From the NCBI GenBank assembly GCA_028534125.1, contig CM052816.1:52888001-52952000 (forward strand): 64,000 nt of DNA, given 5' to 3'. Both the position numbers and the translations under genes were made by a program. Below, in pieces: positions 25,666 to 38,579 of the stretch. Below the pieces are notes generated by a model that worked only from the letters and a program-made list of their open reading frames with translations, was not told the origin of the DNA and searched no databases. How positions within the stretch are numbered: the first letter of the stretch is position 1; each line of letters opens with the position of its first letter. This stretch comes from Lama glama. Its lineage: Eukaryota.

Positions 25666-26639
25666 GCTCTTGTTCACTAAAAGTGAACATGTATTCTTCT
25701 ACCTAGAATAGTTTTAAAAGACAATTTATTATAGCTTAAAGACATTGAACTCTTTGGTAACCAGCATCTGTTATTTAATAAAGTTATTCAGTTATGAATT
25801 TCATTTGCAAAGTTATTTTTTAAAGTTTAAATAGATCTTCTAAATCACACTATAGGTAACAAAAAAAACTTAATAATGAATTTTAAATCTACATTAACCA
25901 TTTTATTCAAATGATAGTAAAATCTATGCAAGTTTCTAATTTTATGATAAATTTACCCTAATATCAATGAATTTTTTAGAAATCAAGTTAATACCTCTAT
26001 ACTCTGAAAATAAAAACAATCCACTTGAGAGACATTTAATTAAATCCCACAATTTCTTTATTCTCAGTCTAATTTATTCAAAGGTATAAGCCATCATGAC
26101 AACCTGATTTCCAGGATTTAGATCTCACAGACATGATCAAACAAGTAAGGAATCTGTGTTGCCTAATAACTACTTATAAAAAATTCTGAGATTCCCCTCA
26201 AAGTCTAAACAACTTATAAAAAGAACTTCCAAAAAAAGAGGTCTTATTCCACAGGAATGGGGAAAACCTGTGTACAAAGCAATCAGAATCATTCACTGCC
26301 CTGGGCAGGAGACTAGATTCTTTGCAACAGCTGACCCCTAAAAGGCTAAATAGGGTAAGAAAACAAGTATTATGTATACAAAGTGAAAATAGGATCCCCA
26401 GCCTACAATCCCACTTCAGGCAATTTGAAAACTAACCTATGGAATAATGGAAGGAGAAACCATATAATACAGTTACCAAAGAACCTATAACATAGTAACA
26501 GTTTTTCAACCCCCCAAAAAATTAAGCCTGCTAGCAATCTACAATGATGCCTTCTACTGAACTGCCACTCATGCATACAAGAAGCTTCCAAGTTAGATTT
26601 CTAGTTAGAAAACAGACATCCATGGATTACCAGAATTTT

Positions 26640-26786
26640 AAAAAGGCTTAGGAATAAATAGGAACAACACCTGGAACAAATGAAAACTGGAAAGAAAAAA
26701 AAATCCTCCATAATTAAGATAAGAAATGTGTTGTTTAAAAAGTAGAAAGGGCTGAAAGGACCCAAGGAGTATTAAGCACAGTTTAA

Positions 26787-26825
<39 letters not shown>

Positions 26826-27720
26826 AATACATCAAGGCATATTACAGTGAAATTTCAGAATATCAGGTAAAAGAAGCTTATAAATATTACAAAGAAAATG
26901 TTACAAAGGGATGGTAATCAAAATGGCTTTGGACCTCTCAATAGCAACAGTAAAAACAAGAAGACAAGAAGTCAATGCCTTTAAGGCTGTGAAGGAAATG
27001 CTTTCAAGCTAGAATTCTATACCCAGCTATACTATTGATGCAAAAGGAGATTAAAAACAGTTTTAGACATGTTGAGGTATCAAACAGAAAGAGAAAACCT
27101 GCAATCTAAGAAAAGGGAGCTCCAATACACAGCAGAAACAAAGTAACTTCCCAAAGATGATGGTGAAGAGAAGCTGACAGCTTAAATTAGAGCACATAGA
27201 TAGAGGGCTTCAAGAAGATATACAAGGAGGAAAAAAATTAACTAGTAGAGGAATTGTGCTAACAGACCAGACATAAGTATAGAAACAGAAACATAGAAAG
27301 TTAAAAATAAATTACTAAACTACCAAAAAGATTCTCAAAAGGTCACATAAAAAAGGAACTTAACAGTTACCTACTGGGTTCTTACAATAACATGAACATT
27401 GAAAATACTGATTCAAGCAGAAATTATAATATATTTATCATATATTATTTACTACACTGTTTATAGATTACAGATATTATTATACTATATGTTTACATGT
27501 TTATATACATCACAATTTATGATGAGAGAGGGCACATAAAAGTGCTAAATCCTCATTTTCGGTATGTCAATTCAAAAAACGAGCTATAAAATTTTTTTTG
27601 TTTTTGTCTTGTTTTTTCAGAACAGAGGAAAATAACGTTCAAGCAGCCAAAAGAAAAGGTAGTTGCCTCTGGGGACTGAGACCAGATGGCTGGTAAAACT
27701 AGAATAGGAGACAACAGGAG
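26640..27720 (+). mobile_element. Ancient HAL1/L1ME ORF1-derived relic
   Basis: Degenerate ORF1 C-terminal sequence (tctcaatagcaacag...caatgcctttaag...ctagaattctatacccagc) with no ORF2; ends near ggtagttgcctctgggg. Confidence 0.55.
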
Positions 27721-28845
27721 AGGAAAACGAGAAAGATCTGGCAAAAAACAAATAAATTACTCAAAATTTTATTCCTTTTCAATCCTGTAAGATTAAAATT
27801 TCCTGGCTGGCCACAGTCAGATTCATCAGTTCAAGGTTCATAATAGATTGTACACAACAGTCTTGCGCCACCATCAGATCTCATTCCAAATGCCTAACTC
27901 TAATTTGGACCAGAGACAAGGTGTTACCTCCATAAAACAAGAGTTTGTCAACTTTCTTCAGCAGACCTTTATCTTTTGTTACAAGAGATTGGAAAAAAAA
28001 ATCAACCCCATCATCTCTGCTAAACTGTACTCTCTGATGTTCACTGCTCAGAGGAAATATCTTCAACCAACCAGGATTCCAGAGAATTCTTTATTAAAAA
28101 AGCACACTCAATAATTGTAGAATGCCAGACTTAAAGCTGTCAACCAATGTGTTTTCCCTTTGCCTGGGCTCACACTTTCTTAGCTTCCTTGACTCTGCTT
28201 CCCTGACCCAACTCCCCATAAACAATTACTGTTTCATAGGATTCATGAGACAATGACCTTAAATACAATTCATTATAATGAATTTTGCTTGATATTTAAT
28301 TTTCTTGTAATACAGATACTATAGATCTGATCAAACAAGAGAAGGAATTTGTATTCATAAAAACTAGAATTAAAATACTCTACATTCAGATTTTAATTCA
28401 TAGTTAAAATTCAAGATATTTTGTTTACACCTGTAAGTAATATGCTTGTGTCTTTTTCTGGACCCAAATAAAGTTCTATACACATGCATTCAGAGACCCA
28501 AAATGACTTAATAGCCCAGACCTCACCTTATTTCCATCCCATTATGTGGACAGATTCAAACTTAAGAATAAGTCAAAAGATGTCTTGTGGCCCAGAGGTA
28601 CTCTTCAAAGTGAAAGACCAAATATCCACAGCTTAAAAGCTGAGAGATTCCATACTCAAAAATTTTCTTTAGGGCAGGTATCTAGATCAGCCTATCTTAA
28701 ATTCCAGATAAGCATAGATTTTGAAGTCCTTCCAAAACAATGTATCTATCAGATTCTCTTCAGGATGAACCTTGGCCCTCAACTCTGGCTCTTAAGCAAG
28801 CCAGGCTTCTAAGTGGAGTGGATCATTCCTAAAGAGTTTAACGAA

Positions 28846-29675
28846 AAATGAGGTATCACCTCATGCCAGTCAGAATAGTCATCATTCAAAAGTCCACAAA
28901 CAATAAATACTGGAGAGGCTGTGGAGAGAAGAGAACTCTCCTACATTGTTGGTGGGAATGTAGTTTGGTGCAGCCGTTATGGAAAACAGTATGGAAATTC
29001 CTCAAAAGACTAAAAATACACTTACTATATGATCCAGCAATCCCATTCCTGGGCCTATATCCAGAGGAACCTTAGTTCAAAAAGATACATGCACCCCAAT
29101 GTTCTTAGCAGCACTATGACAACAGCCAAGACATGGAAGCAACCTAAATGTCCATCAACAGATGACTACATAAAAAAGCTGTGGTATATTTATACAATGG
29201 AATACTATTCAGCCACAAAAAATAATAAAATAATGCCATTTGCAGCAACATGGATGGACCTGAAGAATGTCATTCTAAGTGAAGTAAGCCAGAAAGAGAA
29301 AGAAAAATACCTTATGATATCACTTACATGTGGAATCTAAAAAAAAAGACAAACGAATTTACTTACAAAACAGAAAGAGCCTTACAGACATAGAAAACAA
29401 ACTTAGGTTATCAGGAGGGGAAGGGAGTGGGAAGCGATAAATTGGGAGTTCGAGATTTGCAGATACTAACTAATATATAGAAAATAGATAAACAACAAGT
29501 TCATACTATATAGCACAGGGAACTATATTCAGTATCTTGTAGTAACTTACAGTGAAAAAGAATATGAAAATGAAATATCTATGTTCGTGTATGACTGAAG
29601 CATTATGCTGTACATCAGAAATTGACACATTATAAACTGACTATGCTTCAATAAAATATATATATATATATGAAA
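28846..29675 (+). mobile_element. Young 5'-truncated lineage-specific L1 (ORF2 C-terminus plus 3'UTR)
   Basis: ORFs 28848..29075 and 29029..29340 give MRYHL..CWWEC..WKQPKCPS..MEYYSA; TSD aaagagtttaacgaa / aaagaatttaaccaa. Confidence 0.93.
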
Positions 29676-31409
29676 AAAGAATTTAACCAATGACATGCAA
29701 TACTCTCCAACATAGGTATCCTGCATGACCTTCTAGGGATAAGGAACTAAACCAAAAGCCCATGAATTTCAATTCCTCTTTCTAATACTTTTCCTAATAC
29801 ATTCCAACACTAATTTTGATGAAGATAAAAATGACACCAAAATAATAACCTATTATAAACAATATAAGGAATCACTTTTTAAACATAACAGAGTTTCCGA
29901 GAATAAAATCCAGGAAACCTTTTACCACACCAGGTACAAGGAGACCTCCACAAAATTTTAAATCTTTTTCTTTATATTCTGAATGAAAGCCTTCTTCACT
30001 AAGTAGAGAATGATCTATAAAAAAACATTACTTCACATTAACCATGGTAGCAAGTCCAAGAAATTTTATGGTAAATAAAATCCAGATATTGGTTCTATCC
30101 TATTTGTCTCAGTTTGAAAGTTATCAATTTCTCAACCTGTACCTGACTACAAAACAGAATAATCTAGGTAAATTTTGAACTGTTTTAAAACTGTTGCATT
30201 GGTTCTTGCCTTAAGGAGAAGAATCTTCAGGACCACCTCTTGACTAAGGTTGCCCAGTGGGAAATTATACAGGTTTATTTGTAAATAAACATACATAAGA
30301 CGAAGCTGTAATGGAGTAGTTTTACAAAGTTAATTCCTGGTGATATAGCATTTGGTCCTGAAACTTACAACCTGGAGTTTCTGTTCTCTCCTCCAAGGAA
30401 TTAGAGAACACTCCAGGTTACATAATTCCTTCATCAGGATTCCCTGGAAAGTGGAATCTATCTAGTATAAAAAACCAGAACTGTAGTGGCTAAATTGACT
30501 TATCTGCCCACTTTGTTCAAATGCCTTTGATCCCCTAAGCTCACTTCTTTTCTCCACAATGAAAAACTCCAGCTCCTAAATCCTGCTCACCCCCTGTCAA
30601 ATCATCCATAAATCTGGAAAAGACATTCTTTTTAATTAAGGATTAGAGGCTATGCAAGTGTTAAAAAATAATCTAGCCACATGATTCCAAACGGACATTT
30701 CTCAAATAACTGATAAATGGCCTATTTCACATGGAGCCTGTTAGGGGACATTTTTTGATCAGACAAAAATTGGGACTATCCACACCAACAAAGTAGTGTT
30801 ACTATTATTGGCTATTAATCAGTACATATTAAGAGACTTCTGTCTATTAATGACATGTTAAAAGCCTTGTGGTAATAAACCATACAATATGAGGGTATTT
30901 ACAAAAGTAGTATGTTACCTGTAATACAAACACACAGACTTAGTGTTCAGTTATGATCTTTCCCCACAAAACCATATGCCACACATCTGTTAAGTTGCTA
31001 ATTTAGCCTGAGTTTCAGTTTCTCTTCTTTGTTCGCCCTACTGGTATACCAATATAAACAAACAACTACTATTTTAAACAAAGAGCTGAGAGAGATCAAA
31101 CAAGGCAGGAAACTTGGATGATCCAGAAGTTGTGAGACACAAGCCCCTGTGTTCTGGCCTAGAAAGAAATGCAGAGCCTATCTACAAAGACTGAAAGGAG
31201 CAAAAACAAAGGGAGTTAACAATAACCGGAAAGAGTCCTAACCTGTGCATTTGCCTGTAAAGCGAAGAACTGAGGCAATTTCACAACGATTGAGTGCAAA
31301 GTCTTAAATCGTAAATTGTTAATCCAGGTATTTACCTTAGTTCTTCACTACCCTTTGAAACACCATGCAAGGTCCCAAGACAATCTTCCTCTTTGGGTCC
31401 TAGACTGAG

Positions 31410-32250
31410 GACCGGGCGCGAGGAAGAGAAACGAGTGAAAAAGAGTTCCTAAGATTCTTCAGAAAGTACAGCAGCTTGGGGGCTCCTATACGTCTCGGGT
31501 GTTTAAGAGATACTGCTGGCACCTCCCACCCAAAACCAGTGCAGTTTCAGTAAAAGTTCTCGGCGCCCCGTCCCCGACCCGGGCCTATGCGGTTGCTTCC
31601 CTCTCCAAAACCCCCTAACTCACAAGTGTCCTCGGGGACAGGCTGAGCAGGGCCTATCGGCACCGCCCGCCCAGGAGCTCCAAGGGCCGGGGCAGCGACG
31701 GCCCGGCGTGCTCGGTCCTAGCTTTCGCTCAAGCCAAAGGAGATAGTGGCTAGCGGAATGGCTAGGCCCGGGTCCGGATCCGGATTGTGGGCTAAGTCCC
31801 GGGCTCGGCGGCCAGGGAGGAGCGACACAAGAAAAGGCTGGGCCAGCAAGGGTGTGGGAGCTCGGGGGCGGTGGCAAGAGACGGAAGACCAAAAAGTCGC
31901 CGGAAAAAAAAAGCGGCGTAGAAAGCCCTGTCAGAAACACCCGGAAGAACGGCGTGACCCCGGATGGAAACAGCGAGCAGGGAGAGAGAGGTCACACTTC
32001 CGGCAGCCGCCTCACTCTCTCCGGCGAGCGGTTTGCTCGAGTGCGCAGGCGCGCGACTAGTTGGGTCTTGGTTTGGTCGGAGTAGGTCGTTTGGCAGCAG
32101 CGAGTGCGAGTAGGGAAAGGGCTGGGACTTCTCTGAGGGAGGTGGCGTGGGCAGTCACGGACCGTCGGCAGCAAAGCGCTGCTCAGGGCCCCTGCCCAAA
32201 CTCGCATTCTCTTAAACATTTTTTACTGGTCCTTCCTGTCTAAGCCGGGT
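31410..32250. promoter_or_regulatory. CpG-island promoter of TENT2
   Basis: GC/CpG-rich island in an AT-rich background ~6 kb upstream of the ATG exon; ETS motif CCGGAAGT (minus, ~31996-32003), CCGGAAG at 31941, NRF1-like TGCGCAGGCGCG at 32042-32053; no evident TATA box. Confidence 0.9.
31624..31990 (-). other. TENT2: Probable non-coding first exon of TENT2 (start approximate)
   Basis: Donor TT|gtgagt after 31624 at the island edge; TSS inferred near the ETS site; further donor-like sites after 31336 (AAG|gtaaat) and 31243 (CAG|gttagg). Confidence 0.5.
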
Positions 32251-32499
32251 GACTCCTACCCAGAGAAGCTTCTCCTGGCCAAGTTTTCTCTCACCCTTTT
32301 GCTCCAATCAGTATTAAGGTTTGTGTTTCCCGTTAATGAACTGAGAGCTACTTGGGAGGAAAAATGTCTTATTTATCTATAAAGCCTGGGCTCAGCTCCC
32401 TGTCTGTAATAGCTAACATTCACTAATTCAATAACTATTTAACATTTCTTGAGTGAGCTTTAATAGTTGTGACAATAGTTGTTTTTGAATTTATTCATG

Positions 32500-33285
32500 T
32501 AAATTTGTTAAAAATATTTTTTTATTGTCCTTCTTAAATGTGCAGCATCTCATTCCCTCGTTCCTGAAATTGGAAATTTGGTTCTTTTTTCTTTTCGTGA
32601 CTAATCTGGCAGGAGGCATATTAACTTTACTGATTTCAAATCTCAATGTTAGCTTTTGTTTTCATAGATTTTCTCTGTTTTCTCTTTCTTTGATTTCGCT
32701 GTTAGGTTTATTATTTCCTTCCTTCTGCTTTTTTTTTTTTGATTTTTGAAGTTTTTAAAATTTTCCAGTTTGTTGGAAACTTAGAGCACTGATTTGTTTG
32801 TTCCTTTATAATATAGGCATTTATTGGTATAATTTTCCCTCAAAGTACTGCATTAGTTGCATACCAGACATTTTAATATATTGTGTTTTTATTTTACTTC
32901 ATTTCAAAATACTTTCTAATTTCCCTGTAGGTTTTTTTTTTATTTGTGTATTATTTAGTCTCCACATATCAGATTTTGCACTGTTATTAATTGCATAAAT
33001 GTTTTGAGTTGTTTTGTTATTTAAGTGAATATATCCTTCTTGAAATTATATCTTCAGTTATGTTAAATATATACCTAGGAGTGAAATTGCTAAGTCACAA
33101 GAGAACTCTGTGTTTAATTTTTTGAGGAACTGCCAACTCTTTTCCAAAGTGGCTGCTCCAATTACATTCCCACTAGCAGTGCTTGTATGTTCCAGTTTCT
33201 CCACATACTTGTTAACACTTACTATCATATGTCTTTTTGATTATAGCCATCTTAATGGATGTGAAGTGGTATCCCATGGTCTGCA
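32500..33285 (-). mobile_element. Old L1 ORF2 fragments
   Basis: tttgaggaactgccaa...ttccagtttctccacatacttg...tatagccatc antisense L1 motifs. Confidence 0.7.
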
Positions 33286-33459
33286 ATAATTTGCTTTTGA
33301 ACCATCAGAACAAATGTTAAAACAATGATAAACAGAAATAAATTCTTAGTGTTGTTATGTAGATAACTGTAACCTCATGACTCCTGAGAATGTCTGTGGA
33401 TCATATTTTGAAAATAGCTAGAGCAGGGTATTGCAGAAGTCCTAACAAGAATGTGAATA

Positions 33460-33690
33460 GAAATATTTATTGGGAGCTAACTATATGCCAGGCACTTTTC
33501 TAAGCACTCAGTATAAATTATGTCTTATAACCTGATTGACAGTCCTCTAATGATTATTAATTTCATTATTCTCACTGGACAGGGGAGAAAACTGAGTCTC
33601 AGTGAGGTCAAGCAACTTGCTCAATGTCCCACAAATAATGCCAAAGACAAGCTTTGAATCTAAATAACCTGACTCCAGCACTCTATGCCT
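33460..33690 (-). mobile_element. MIR SINE
   Basis: gagaaaactgagtctcagtgaggtcaagcaacttgctcaatgtc core. Confidence 0.7.
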
Positions 33691-34154
33691 CCTCCTCTAG
33701 CACAGCATTGGCCCCTGCTGCACTTAAACCCCAGCTTTGGGGCAGGGGCAGGGAAGGATAGCAGAAAGGTACTTGGGGTTTTTTTTGATGATGTGGTTTT
33801 TTGTGATTGTTAATTTTATATTTGGTATGTGATTGGCATCATGAGCTCTTCTGTAATGCAGAGTCATCTACAGACTTTTAGGTTTGGATGTGGTAATGTG
33901 AAATAGAATGGAGATAATGGATAAAAATAAGGACTACTATTGTATTTTGTAAGTATTATATACCATCTCATCTGATGTACCTTGTACATGTTGGGAATGC
34001 AGTGTTGAACCATATTAACTCAGTCTCTACTCTCTTACAGTTCAGAGAGAATAACCTTTAGAAATTTAGAAAACAGACATTTAAATGTAATGGTAATAAT
34101 TGAGAAAAGGAAAATACATGTTTCTATAAAAGCAAATAACCAGGGGATATAATC

Positions 34155-34616
34155 TATCGTGGAAGGCATGATGGCTAAATGATGTGTGCCTCTCAGATCT
34201 CCTTTGTGGGGAGCATCGTTGACTGTCAACCTCAGCTGCTGCCTCTCTCAATCTACCACCACATTTGGAACAGAGGCCATGCCCTTCCTGAACTACCACC
34301 AGCCAGTGACTGAGCACAGCAGAGATGCTAGAGCCAGCCTATTGCTGCTGAGCACAGGACCCTTGTGATGGGAAATTCTGGCTTGGAAACTCCCCATTTG
34401 GCATAGCCAAAATTTTCTTAGAAGAATGTTGCAGTCTTTTTCTACCCAATTCTCCCTTCTCCTTCAATAGATGTCAGTCAGACTTTTATTAGAGTCTCAG
34501 GCTTTCCCTGCTTACCTTTTCCTCCTCTGTTTTATCTTCCACAGGGAATCTCCTCTAACAAATCTCTTGCACGTCTAATCCTACCTTGGCATTCGCTTTT
34601 TGGAGGACCTAACACA
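34155..34616 (+). mobile_element. ERVL-type solo LTR (LTR16/MER74-like)
   Basis: 3' end aaatctcttgcacgtctaatcctaccttggcattcgctttttggaggacctaacaca typical of ERVL LTRs; subfamily uncertain. Confidence 0.6.
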
Positions 34617-36945
34617 GAAGCTTTCCCTGCAAAAGCAGCATTTAAGGTGAGACTTAAAGGGGTAGAAGTTGTAAGAAAACTTGAAGGAAGAAAGAGAACG
34701 GCCCTGAGTTAGACAGGAGTTTGGCACAGTGCTTGGCACATGGTTAGAGCTCAGTAAGTATTGCTTGACTAAGTGGAATGCAAAGTGCTTTTATATAGAG
34801 CATGTAATTATTCCTCATAAACAATTTTACAAAGATATTTATAATATTATCCCTGTTTTACAAATAATAAAACTGAGAATCAGAGCTGTAAACTAACTTG
34901 CCCAAGGTCAGGCAGTAGTTCAAAAGTATGGCTAGGATACAAACAGGTTTGTTTCCAAGCCCGTTATTTTTAACTGCTTAACTATCAAGTTATTACTGGC
35001 TCCCTTCAGGGGAGTTGAAATGGGCTTTGAAAAGAAAATGCCTGTAATATAGTTTTTTGTAGTCATAATCCATCCAAAAGTCACTGCTTCTTCTAAAAAC
35101 AGGGCAAGAGACATTCTGAATCACCCTGGTGATATACATGAAAGTCATGAACTGGATAGGATTTCATTAATGGAGTCCATGTTATAAGCAGGGTTCAATA
35201 ATTAGAGAAACAGAAGGTTGAAAGAAATCCTAGGAAGTTCCTCTTCTAAAAGTAATGCTACGTGGAGATACACAGATGTCTTTCTAAAGAGGAAGGAGTG
35301 CCTGCACCCAGAGTTACAAGATAGAGATAAATAATTACAGTATTGAAACTCTTCAGACTTACCAACTTTTCACTATCCAATGTGATCCTTTACACATCAT
35401 GGATACACTTTCAAAAGGCATTCTTTGGTATGCAACTTAACATATACTGTCTATTGAGTTGAACATTGATCTTGGGAATATAAAATACAGTACTCCATAA
35501 TTCTATCTCTAATGAATTTATTGTAGAACCATCTCAGTGAGTGATTATAGGGTATCAGAATGAAAATGAAGTTTAGCAGTTATTCCTGCTCCTCATTTTA
35601 CATGTAAGAAAACAGCAAATGTATTAAAGATAGACAAGGAAATAGATTAATATGTACTAAGTCATTTTAAGTATAATAACATATAATTTCAACTTAGATA
35701 CTGCCTGAAACAGACAGAACAACCAGAGAAGGCATTGCAAATTCTACACAAATACACTGTGAATGAAGTTCTCTATTCATTCACCTGGATAGAGTCCTGG
35801 GAAATTTCAAGTTGAAATTACTGCCATAGGTTCTCATGTCTTCAGAAATTACTATAGTAAAATATAAATTTGAGTAGCCATTTTGCTCAGAGTGATAAAC
35901 AGCTGACCTAGTGAGGAGGGGAGTTAACAGAATTTACCATTTTCTATGACCATAAAAGTAATTAAAGCTTACTGGAGAAATTTTAGAAAATACAGAAATG
36001 TACTAAGGAAGTAAAAAATTAAAATTGATGGGACGCAATGTAACTAAAGTCTAAGACCTAAAAGCCTGTTTTTGAAAGGCTAATTTTATGCAGACAAAAA
36101 TAGAAATTAAAATAAAATGCCAATAAAAATCTCAATTTTTGTCATCATGAATGTTTCTGTAACAAAGATACAATTCAGTGTGGTCCAGATTAATGTCACA
36201 GTCTTTAACTTCTATTACTTTGAAAACTAAAGAACTGAACAACCTAAAATAATATTCTAAGATTCAAAGTAAAATAAATTCTGTGAATGAGAAGAGTAAT
36301 TTACTAGGCAATGATGATCTAAACATTTTCTTAGTGGAAGGTTCCAAATAACTTATTAGAATGACTGTAATTAAATAGGCCAATAAGACCCCCCCCAAAA
36401 AAACCCCTACTTTTTTTTCATTGACTCAATAGTCATTTTTAAAATTGTATTTGATTTTTCTAAACTGAGTCCTGAAATTACATGGATATGTAGACTTCTC
36501 AAGGTTATATAAAGGTTGACAAATTCTAGGGACACGTAGAAGAATAAGATCAATGTGACAAACACTTCTTTACATAGTTCATTACTAAGGATTTATTTCA
36601 CATTTACTCTCTTGATCTTGCTTCTTTTTCTCCTTGGAAGATTTTACTCACTCATTTGTTCATTTATTTAATTAGTCATTCAGTCAATCAGCAAATATTT
36701 ATTGAGTACCCATTATTTGCTAGATTCTCAGCTAGGCAAATTGTTACTATTGTAACAACAGAATGTCAATATTTGGGAGGTGGTAGAAACCCTGAATAGA
36801 AGAGACAGCTAATTAGAAAAAGAACCAAACTTCAAGACCAAACCAGCAGTATTTGAACAAGATTAAATCGCAAAAATAGCTAGAAAAGTGTTATTGAGAA
36901 ACAGGGTTTCATTCAAAAGAATCGTTCTCAAAAGGAAAAGCAAAC

Positions 36946-37072
36946 GGGGGAGGCGTACCTCAAATGGTAAATCGCATGCTCAGCATGCATGATCCTGGGT
37001 TCAATCCCCAGTACCTCCTCTAAAATAAATAAATAAATAAACAAACCTAATTACCTCCCCCAACCCAAAAAT
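36946..37072 (+). mobile_element. Camelid tRNA-derived SINE (Vic-type)
   Basis: ggggagg head, A-box-like region, B box gggttcaatcccc, then agtacctcctctaaaataaataaa...taattacctcccc; homologous to the copy at 60370-60556. Confidence 0.85.
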
Positions 37073-37173
37073 ATTTTTTTGAAAAGCTTCCTCAGAGCTG
37101 TGGGAAGACCCTTACCATGGATTTGTAATTGGGTACAAGTAGGTGGCCTTGGTCTGAATGTAAAAGAAGCCAC

Positions 37174-37213
<40 letters not shown>

Positions 37214-38579
37214 AAGGAAAGAAAAGGGCTGAAAGAAAAGTGAGCTTATTGTACAAAAAGGTAAATTCTCATAAGTATCAGAATGGTAATGCTTCAGTTT
37301 CTACATTTCTCTATTTGCATTCCACATAGCTTTATACCACACTCTCTTCACTCACAATTTCTTCTTAGGAAGCTCCACTCAGAGAAGAATTTTTCAAGGA
37401 AATGTTAACCAGATGGCTTTTTCTAATCTTCCTCAGGAAAAAAAAAAAATCAAAGTAGGTTTTGAAAGTAACACTGCCACCTACAAGTAAGTACTTTGAA
37501 AAGTAAAATGACTGAAATTCGATCATTTGGGTAGATGTCCAAGCTGCCAGAAATCTAAGAATAAAGCTTTGGAGTGGGGCTTCTGGTTTACAGAAAATAG
37601 AAAGGTGATTAAAATAAAAGAAAAAGAAAAATCACTTAAAAGTCTTGGCATCCTTCAAAAACAAAAATTCTGTTTGCCTATGTGTTTTGTCTCCACATTG
37701 GCTGTATCTTTCCAGGCATCCTTGGCCAAGTTACTTTAAACATTTCCACATCTCAGTTTCCTTATCTGCCTAAGGATATTATAATAGCCTCTGCCTCTTT
37801 GTTGTGAGGATTAGATTCTTAGTATTTATTAGGAATGGTTAAATTTCAACTCAGATACCTGTCCATTTCATCTTTTCCTGAGTATCATCATGTTTAGCCT
37901 TGACTAATACTAATAGCCAGGACTCCTTTCCTCTCACCATCACTTGCCCCTAAACAAAGTTACCAGACGCTTTGTTTTTTAGGTGAAACAACATGCATAG
38001 GATCCCTGAGTAAGAGAGACTGATTCACCCTGCAGTGTATACCTATACACCTTGGTTACTGTCGTAAGGAGAGAACCCTAAGTTGAACTCCAGCATTAAT
38101 AATAATAAAATGGGGCTGTAAGAAATTTTTATTGAATTGAATTTTTAGGTTTTAGTTTTAGCAGTCACAGAATTCAGCAAGTAGCTCCAAATTCCAAACA
38201 CATAATGGAGGTATGTATCTCAGTATTAAAATTACACTTAAGAATTTTAGCAGCCAGCATCAAAATCACAGGAGCTTGATCCCTCAGACCATGACTTGAT
38301 GTTCTGGGGAGGTGGTTGGATGGAACTGAGGGAAAGGGGATAGGAAGGATGCTGAATATGTCAAATTGTGCCAATGCACTACCCAGATGGTGCCATTCTG
38401 ATAAATAATCAGTATCATTTACTAAATCAATCTGAATGTCATCAAGCTCTTTATTCAGCATCTAGAAAGTAGGTTTATTTAAAATGATAGCTAAGACATA
38501 TAAGTGATGCAAGAAGGAAATGAAAAGATACCTTCCAAGCAAGGTTAAATTTAACTCAAAATGAAAACGATAAAGATAA

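Noticed and set aside
27848..28114. Opposing ORFs in intron 1 that might be a retrocopy
   Set aside because: No recognisable parent protein, poly(A) or TSD.
31620..32243. Several ORFs at the CpG island
   Set aside because: Expected from GC content, mostly non-ATG starts, no recognisable protein.
36946..37020. tRNA-like sequence with A/B boxes (also 60480-60556)
   Set aside because: Followed by SINE body and AT-rich tail with degenerate stems; SINE heads, not tRNA genes.
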